This document shows positions 8,601 to 17,600 of a stretch of 32,000 nucleotides of DNA, piece after piece. The position numbers and the translations under genes are program-made. The first letter of the stretch is position 1; each line of letters begins with the position of its first letter. The stretch comes from Mucisphaera calidilacus (GTDB lineage Bacteria; Planctomycetota; Phycisphaerae; Phycisphaerales; Phycisphaeraceae), in contig NZ_CP036280.1 of NCBI RefSeq assembly GCF_007748075.1, positions 1,770,001 through 1,802,000 of the forward strand. The letters are read 5' to 3'. The notes under the pieces were generated by a model. The model was not told the origin of the DNA. It worked only from the letters and a program-made list of their open reading frames with translations, and did no database searches.

Positions 8601-11600
8601 CGAGCGGAACTGGAACAGCCCTTCAAGTGTGACGGTGCCGAGGTTGAGCGTTCCGTCGACCCAGAGCGTGGCGGAGTCGCGTTCCATCTGGACGCTGTGC
8701 GTCTGCCCGTCGACGGTGAAGGTGAGGGTGCGGGGGCCGTCGGTGTTGTTGACGAGCAGCCGGACGTCGGCGTTTGCGCCGATGTTGATGGTCCCCTCGC
8801 TGCCCAGACTCAGCGTCCCGGTGTCGAGGTCGATGTTGAGGACGCCGTAGTTGCCCTCGTTGGCATCGAGGGTGAGTGAGCCGAAGAGGTCGCCTGAGAT
8901 CCCGCCGCCGAGGCCTTCGAGCACGCCAACCGACCCAGATACGGTGAGGTTGGCAAAGGCGTTGTTGGCCCCGGTGTTCTTGACGATGCTCAGGCGGAGG
9001 TCTTCGGCGCGGAGCACGTCGTCGCTGACGAAGGGCAGCGCCAGCTTGTCGGCCGCAGCGAGGAAGGCAAAGTCAGGCAGGAAGAGGTCGAGCGGGTCAT
9101 TGGGGAACTGCGCCTCGAAGAGCCCGACGGCACCCTCGACGAATCCGGGGATGTTGAGCGTCGCCGAGAGCCTGCCGCCGCCGTAGCGCTGGATGTCGTC
9201 GTTCGTCAGCAGCGGCGGCTGGACGTAGCGCGGATCCGATGGGTCGTTTGTCGGGTGCAGGGGCGGCGTGTCGTTAAAGAAGGGGCTGTAGAACTCCACG
9301 CGGCTGGTCGCGCCGAGCGTCTGCGGGTTGCCCTGGCTGTCGGTGAAGACAAACAGGTCGCCGGCGTTCGGGCCGAAGGAGTCGACCAGCCAGTCCTGGA
9401 TGATGCCGAGATCGAAACCGGCATCGAGACTGACGACGGGGATCGCAAAGTTGAAGTCGCTGGTGAAGTCGAGCATCCCATTGAGGAAATCATCCGCCGC
9501 TCCCCTGCGGTTAGCGGGCAGCAGGGCCTCGATGATCGACAGCCCGCCGGTGATCCCGGTCAACGGGTTGTCGGCCATGTCCCGGATCATCTCGCCGACG
9601 CTGACCTGCGTCATTCTGAGGCCGGTGTTCAGGCTGACGCCAAGCGGGCCGGATTTCGCCTCGATGTTGAGCCCTTCAACGCCGGCGGTGACGCGGCCCG
9701 TACCCAGATCAAGACCGAGGAGGCGAAGATCGAGGAAGCCGTCGATGTAAGCCGAGGCGATCAGATCGGCGGCCTGGGCAGTGGTGTCGTCGAAGCTGAA
9801 GACCGGCGACGCGGGCGGGTCGTACAGGCCGTTGCCGAAGTCCAGGAACGGGTCGCCGAGGTCGTACTGGCCGTTGCCGTTGAGATCGGTGTAGCTCTCA
9901 GTCAGGCTCTCGGAGACGTCGCGCACACCGTTGCCGTTGACGTCCTGGAAGGGCTCGGGCCTTGTGTAAGCACCGTCGCCGTCTGCGTCGATGAAGAGTT
10001 CGCCGTCGGGCAGGCCGTTGCCGTTGAGGTCGTAGAGGATATCGACGCCGAGGTCGAACCGGCCGTTGCCGTTGGTGTCGCTGAAGCCCTCGCTGAGTCC
10101 GATGATCCGGTCGCCTGCGCTGTCGTCCGAGGCAGGTGTATAGCCGTCGGGTATGCCGCCGGGGGAGCTTGCCTCCTCATCGAGGAAGACAGCCAGACTC
10201 GGCAGGGAGGACGGGTCGGCGATCGCCTGGCCGGCGGTGTCGAGAATCGTCTCGTGGAAAGTGACGACGCCGGTCGCCGGGTCTGCCGACCAGTTCAGTT
10301 CGCCGTCGTTGTTCTCGTCGATGAAACCGAGGTCGTTGGCGGCGTCGAAGCCTGCGGCCGAGGCTTCGTCCAGCACACCATTGCCGAGATCTTCCGCGAC
10401 GTCACCGATGCGGTAGGCCGGGAACCCACTGACCAGACTGTAGTCGATCAGGACATCGCCCTGACCGAAGACGAGGTCGCCGACACCCGTGCCCGGGTTG
10501 ATGTCGTCTGCCCAGGCCGTCGTGCCATGGATCAGGATGTCGAAGTAAGGGTCGTAGAAGGCGTTTCCGTTCAGATCGGCGAAACTGAAGCCGGTGTTGT
10601 CGGCCGGGGTTGCTGGGGCAAACGCCGGGTTGCCCTGATCGTCGGTGCCGGTGATCAGGTCGAGGAGGATCCGCTCGCCACTGCCGTAGAGCGGTCCGAC
10701 GACCGCGGGGATGGCGTAGTCGATGAAGCCGTCGACGAGTGTCGCCGGGCTCGGCGCAAAGATCTGTAGCGTGCCGAGGGGCGTGCCGTCGGTGAGTAGT
10801 TCGTTCACGCCGACGAAGTAGGCCGCGATCAGGTCGATGAGTTCGAGACCGGGTTCGCCGAGCGCGAGGATCGAATTGAAGTCGTCAAGATTGAGGACCT
10901 CGGAGCTCAATGTGTCCCAGGGGTCTTCGAGGTCACTCGCGGTCTGAGTTGTCAGGTTCGCGAGTGCTGCGAGGACGGTGAAGGGATCGGTCAGCAGGTC
11001 GGGCAGGAGCAATTCACCGGTCACGAGCAGCCCGCCGAAGGCGGTCATGTTGTCGTAGTTGCTCTGGAGGTAGACCGGGATCATGTCTTCCTGACCGTTG
11101 GGCAGCTCCGTATTCTGACCGTTGAAGGCGAAGTCGTCGGCGTATCCGAAGTTGTAGACACCCTCGGCGAAGAGGGTTCCGCCGATCGCCTGGCCGTTGT
11201 TGTCGGTCTGCTGCGGGCCGAAGATGATCCCGCTCAGGCGAGCGAGGTCGATGCCGTAGAGCCCGATCGTGCCGGCGATCCGCCCTTCCCACCCGGTAAA
11301 CGGATTGAGCGCGTCACCGAAGGCGTCGGCGATCTGCTGCTCGGTGGCGTCGGGGTTGACGAGGACATCAATGAGCACGCCAGGCAGTTGTGCCGTGAAG
11401 CCGAGTTGGAGTCGGTCGGTGATGCCGGCTAGCTGGAACCCGGGGTTGAGCTTGCCGAGGAAGTCGGTGGTCGTGAGGTCGAGGGTGATCAGCCGCTTGT
11501 TGATGACGAGGTCAACCTCATCCGTCGGGTTGCCGATCGGGAACCCGAAGAGTGTCGGCTGGATGGCACCACGCAGCACGAAGGAGGGGTTGAATGCGTT

Positions 11601-14600
11601 GTAGACATCGATTAAGGCGTCGTCGAGGCTGGACAGCGCCCCCTCGAAGGTGTCGATGAAGGCGTCGCCAAGCGTCGACGCGAAGGTCAGCGTCGGATGG
11701 GTCGCGATGGCCTGCTGAGCCTCAAGCCAGAAGGCGGCGACGGTCTCGGTGACGAGGGCCCACTGACCGTTGAGCGGTGTGCCGGGTGGTGTCGGGACCG
11801 ATCCGCTGAGCGAGCCGAGTTGGCTGAGCATGGCGTTCAGCAGGCCTAAGCCGGTCACTGGCGTGTTTGTGGCGAGTCCCAGGCCGGTCATGAGGTCGTT
11901 GGTTCGACTGGCCAGCCGGTCGGCTTCCAGTTGGGCGGCCACCTCGTCCATCAGATCCATCAGCGCGCCGCTGCCGGCCTGCAGGGCACCGTCAAGGATC
12001 GTCTCAAGCCCGATGAACCACGCCTCGATCATGCCCTCGGTTCGGAGTGTGCCGGCGAGTTCGGCGCGAGCCGGGAAGAGGAAGGAGAGCGGGTTGTCAG
12101 CAGGCGGGACGGCAACACCAAAGCTGATCGTGGGATTGAGGACGTCGCGTGCGTCGACGAGCACGCCACCGGTCCCAAAGGGCAAACCAAGGAATCGGAT
12201 GTCACCGGTGCCGAGAATCGAGAGCCCCTGCCCGTCGATCGCCTGATCGAGTGACGGGAGCGTCGCCGCGAACTCACCATTGACCGAGATCAGGCCGGCG
12301 ACGGCCAGGCTGCTGAGCTGCCCCCGGATCGCCATCGTTGCCGGCAGAGACCAGACCGGGTCGAGTCCCGTGCCGTTCCAGAGCTGACCGAGGATGTCCT
12401 CGATGACGGCGATGTCGGTGAGGTCCCAGTCGGCCGGCGAGGGGATATCGGCCGGGTTGATGACCGGCTGGGAGGTGTCGACGTCGGCGAGCAGTTCCTG
12501 GCCGAAGACAATCGTGCCGCCGCCGCCGAGTGTCAGGGTCGTGGGGCCGAGCGGGATCGGGACACCGAAGTCGACCGATGCCGCGATCGGGCCTGCGGTC
12601 GTGAGAACGAGCGTGCCCCCGCCGCCGTAGCTGGAGATCTTGAGCGCGCCGGAGATGGCGAGGTAGTAGATGTCATCGACATCACGCTCGCGGTCGCTGT
12701 TAGCGTCCGCCCTGCCGACGGTGATCGCGCCACTGACGGCCAGGCCGTCACCCAGATCCAGGCCGATCGCGAGCCCAAGCCCGTTGAGATCGTCGAGATT
12801 GACGACCTCGCCAAGGTCAAGCAGCGAGAAAGGAAGTCCCTCGGCTTGAGCTTTGAGGAAAGCCGCCTCGAAGGCATCCAGCACGTCTTCGGGAGACGAG
12901 CTGTCGAGGAAGTCCTCGAACGTCGTGCCCGCGAGCTGACCGGCCCAGTCGAGGAACTGCTCGCCGAGGTCGGTGAGCTTGTCCAGGTCGAAGCCAACAT
13001 CCGAGTAACTCACCTCGGCGTCAATGCCGACGTCGTCGAGCGCGTCACCGAGGAATCCTGGCAGACCGATCGCGCCATCAGTCAGCAGCTTGATGGCGGT
13101 CGGGTCGGCGATGCCGATGACCGGCGGGTCGTCGTCGGATTCGCTGTCGGACTCCTCGAAGGCGAAGAAGCCGTCCTCGAAGGTGACGGTGATCTCGTTG
13201 GTGCGCAGCGGCAGGAACCAGTCCTGCAGGGTGTCGAGCATCGAGCCCTCGTCGAGGCCGATGGTCGCCGACTCGATCGCGCTGAAGTCGGGCAGGGCTC
13301 CTGCGAAGATCGTGATGTTGTTCAGGCTCCCGTAGAGACCGATCGCCGGCGAGGCCAGGGTCAGCGAGAGATTCTCGATAAGAGGCGTCTCGGGGTCATC
13401 CGAGAAGTTCAGGGTGAGTGCGTCGTCGCCCGTCCCGGTGATGCCGGCCTGGAAGTAGTCGCCCAGCCCGAAGGAGAGCCCGTTGGTCGTGGCGCTGAGG
13501 ATGGCGAGATCAAGCGAGCCGCCAGACAGATCGTTCTCCAGCGTCCAGTCGAGACTGCCGTTGAGGCCGAAGCTGTCGAGAACGATGAAGTTGCCGAAGC
13601 CGACGGTGCCGTCGAGGAAGACGCCGCCCGTGAGATTGACCCGGGTCGTGTTGTTCTCAACCAGAACAGACCCGCGCAGCTCGGCCTCAAGCCCGTTGAA
13701 GTCGAAGTCGACGATGACGTCCGCATCCGGCGCGTCACCATCGACGGCGAGTTGGCCGATGAACTGGTCGGCGAGTTGATCGCCGGGCGTGGTCGGGTTG
13801 GCGTCGACTGAGGCGTCGAGGTCATAGAGCAACGGGTTGCCGTCGCCATCGACGCCGTAGCCTAGAAGAACCAGATCGCCATTGGCGTCGAGACGGTAGC
13901 CGGCGAAGCCGAGCGATCCCTCGAAGCCGAAGCCGCCGAACTCGAAACCCTCGAGACCGATGACCACGTCCTGCAGGATCGGGATGACGGGGAAGGTGTC
14001 GCCGCTCAGGTCGAAGACGACGTCGAAGGCAAAGCGGTTCGCGGCGAGGTCGACGGCCTGCCCGCCTGAGTTCGTCCCGGCAAGCGGTGTCTGACCGATT
14101 GAGACGATCGGGTCGAAGGGGAGACCGGTGATGATCGAGAAGTCGAAACCACCCTCAACACCAACGGTGAAATCGAGGAGATCGGTGTACTGATCCGGCG
14201 TCGCCCCAAACACGACCGAGACCTGATCGAGGTCGAAAGGCAGGATGCCGCCGAGGCCGAGTGTCGTCAGGATGCCCTCGCTGTCGCCGGTCGTCGAGAG
14301 GACGAGTTCGCCAAGACCCAGCCGTGTCTCCAGACCGCTCCCGTCATCCACGAGGTTCAGCCGCAGCGCCAGGTCGCTGTTGGCTGGCGTCGGGTTGATA
14401 TCAAATGCGATTCCGCCGAACGGGCCCGCTGCATCGCCAAAGTCGAGTGACGCCTGCTCGATGGTGAGCAGGTCGGTGGCGGGATCGTCGTCCAGCACAA
14501 GCTCGGGATCGGTCAGCACGAGATCGAAGACCGAGCCGCCGTTGTCGAACTCGGGGCCGACTTCCAGTTCTAGACTCAGAGCACTGGCCCGGAAAGTCCT

Positions 14601-17600
14601 GTCGTTCGGGCGGAGCACAACAGCCAGTCCCGAAGCGACCAACTCGACGCCGGGCAGGTTGAGCTCGGTCGATACGGCATTGAGGAGGACGTCAGGCAGC
14701 CCGCCGGCGAGTGATCCGTTGCGGTAGGTCAACTCCGGGACGACCAGCGTGGCGTCGGTCAGCTCGAAGAGCGACCGGCTGTCGAACTCAGGGCCGAACG
14801 TCAGGTCGCCGACGCTGTTGATGGTAAGACCCGTGAAGGAGAAGCCGTCGATCACGCCATCGCTGTCGACGTCGTCGTAGAGCGTGACGTTGTCGACGGT
14901 GGTGCTGATGCCCTCCAGCCCCTCGATCAGGAACTGCAGGGAGGCGCCGTCGGCAGAGGCGATAACCGGTGCTGTGGCGCCGGAGAAGTCGATGTTGGCC
15001 TCTGGAATCGTGAGGCGGGCGAGGCCTTCGATCTCAAGGATCACCTGCTCGAAGCTCGCGCCGGTCAACTCCGGTGTGCCCGAAAGCTGCGGCAGCCCGT
15101 CAGCACCCGGGCTTGCGATCAAGTCCCAGACAAACGTGCCAGTGACCGTTCCGGAGGTAGAACCGCCGAGGAAGGTCAGGTCGCCGGTGACAGTCGCTTC
15201 GCCGTCGAAGCCGATGAGAACCCCCCCGCCGGGTTGGGGAGTAACCGATGCTGCAACGATCACGGTGCCACCGAGCACGCCGGCGTCGGTGTCGGCCGCC
15301 GCGGAGAGGCTCAGGATGGCCTGCGCGGCGGGCGTCACGCCGATCAACTCCGCGGGGATCAGGCTGTTGGGGATGACGCCGAGCGACCCGGCCGCATCGA
15401 CCGGCGGAATCAGCAGGTAGCCACCGAGCAGAAGCTCTTGGTCGCCGGGCAGGCCGACCCTGAAATTCTCCAGCCCGATGCGCAGGCCCGGGATATCGAC
15501 AGGACGAACACCGCCGTTGTCTACGGAAAGCGCGACCGTCAAAGCTCCACCACTGGATAGATCGGTGAGTACGCCAGCATCGTCGTACTCCATCAGCGAG
15601 ACAACAGGATCCGTGCCGAGCAGCAGGCCAAGCTGTGCTTCGAAGGCGGACGTATCAATCGTCGCGGTGGCGCTGATGACGAACGTGCCCAAGTCCACGG
15701 TGCCGTCGGGGAGGCTGTCGAACGTCGCGTTGAGGCTGGTGAGCGCCGCCGGAATGATGTCACCCAGACCGCTCTGGAACGACCAGGCGGGCGGGATATC
15801 CAGATCGACGGACGAGAAGGCAACACCCCCGCCATAACGCAAACCGAAACCGTTGAACGTCGCGGTCGGCGTGTCGTCACCAGCCGTGAGCAGGTTGGCG
15901 GTCAGTTGGATGTTGCCGAAGTCGATCAGCGAATCGCCATCAACAGCATCCGGATCAAGGTTGAGGCTCACAGCGGGGCCGTTCGCAGAGCCATCGATGT
16001 CGAGTTCAAACAGGTCGGCGATGACGGCGTCGATTGAGCGCAGCTGGATCGCGAGCGTCCCGTGTGCAAGATCGAGCTGTGCCTCGACCGCTTCGGTGTC
16101 GTCGCCGCTGTTGTCATCGGTGATGACCAGACTGAAGGGGCCCCCCGGCAGGAGCGTGCCGCCCTCGCTCGAGAGATTGATATAACCCGTGACCTGCCCG
16201 TTTCGGTTCGAGAGGGTGTTGACGGCCAGCGTGGCGGCCCCGAGTTGCAGCACGGTCTGGCCGCCGACCCTGAGCGGAAATGCGCCAAGACTCAGCGATC
16301 CACCAATGAGCTCGAATGATTCAATCGTGAGCGGATCGTCATCCTCATTGAAGAGCGAGACGCTCTGTATCGATGCGTTGGGATCGAGTGTGGCAAAGAT
16401 GCCCTTGAAGTCGAGATCGAACCCGGTCGCGGTGGCCACAAGGCCGTCGGGCCCGGGCGTCGGCAGGTAGGTCATGCCGTCGATGGTCAGCGTTGCGACG
16501 TTGGGCACATCGATGACGAAACGATCGGCCTGGATCGAGGTGACTTCGAATTCGCCGGTGTAATCAAGAGACCCATTGACCTCTTCGAGCCGGACCGGCC
16601 AGTCAAAACTCACCGTGACGTTGCCCGAACCAGAGACACCGAAGACCGAGAGGTCCGAGACGGCGAGTGTGGCCTGACCGGTGAGATCGATCGCGTGCAG
16701 GCCGTGGGTAATGGTCATCGCCCCACCAACCTGAAGCCCGCCCGTCACCGTGCCGAGGCTGCTGGCCGAGACGGCGGCGAGATCGAGGTAGACCTCGTGG
16801 CCGGCGAGCGGTGCGCCGAGCTCAGCGGGCAGAGGCTGGGGCTCGCCTTCCTCGTTGAAGCCGCCAAGGGTCAGCGTCCCGGCCAGTGTGAGCGTTCCGG
16901 CGCCTGACGGCAGAGGCACTTCAATGTTCGAGAGCTGAAGCCGGACTGGCGGCGTCGCCGTCATCTCGAACGCCCCTCCGGCGTAGGCAAGACCAAAACT
17001 CAGGGGGTTGTCCGGTCCGGTCGCAACGAAACCGCCACTGTCGGCGTTGTAAACCTCAACGCTCAGTGAGAGCGATGGCGACCCGAGCAGCGTGCCGAGC
17101 TTGGTCACGAGTGTGTCGGGCCGCGGGACACCGGTGACGGCAAAACTCATCACGCCTTCGTCGCCGGGCGTGTAACCGCCCTGTATCCGGGAAAGCTCGA
17201 AGGGCACGTAGCCGCCCAGTAACAGCTTCTTGCTCACGTTCGCGGGCACGGCTACGTCGAGCGTGAAGGCGCCGGTATTGATATCGATCGACCCGACGTT
17301 GGGGATGGGGATGGCGTCTGCCTCGACACCATCGGACTCGGGCAACACGCCACTCAGCCCGCCGGGGAGAAGACGGAAGTCCTGCGTGCTGAAAACGATC
17401 TCACCGGTCTGGATCGGCTCGCCGTCGGCCAGCGGCCGGAACGTGAAGCCGTTGACACCAAGGGTGAGTTCCCCCAGTGTCAACACCGGTGCTCCGCCGA
17501 TGCCCAGCGAGACATCGCCAACCGTAAAAGTACCTGAGAAACGAAAGCCGTCGACCTGACCGTCGCCGTTGTCGTCGAAGCCCTCGACGCTGCCAAGAGT

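Noticed and set aside
9870-10073. Fourfold recurrence of (g)ccgttgccgtt, considered as a possible CRISPR or tandem-repeat signal
   Set aside because: The copies are 11-12 nt long, irregularly spaced (57, 87 and 48 nt apart) and in frame within the giant ORF. They simply encode NGNG in Ca-loop repeats.
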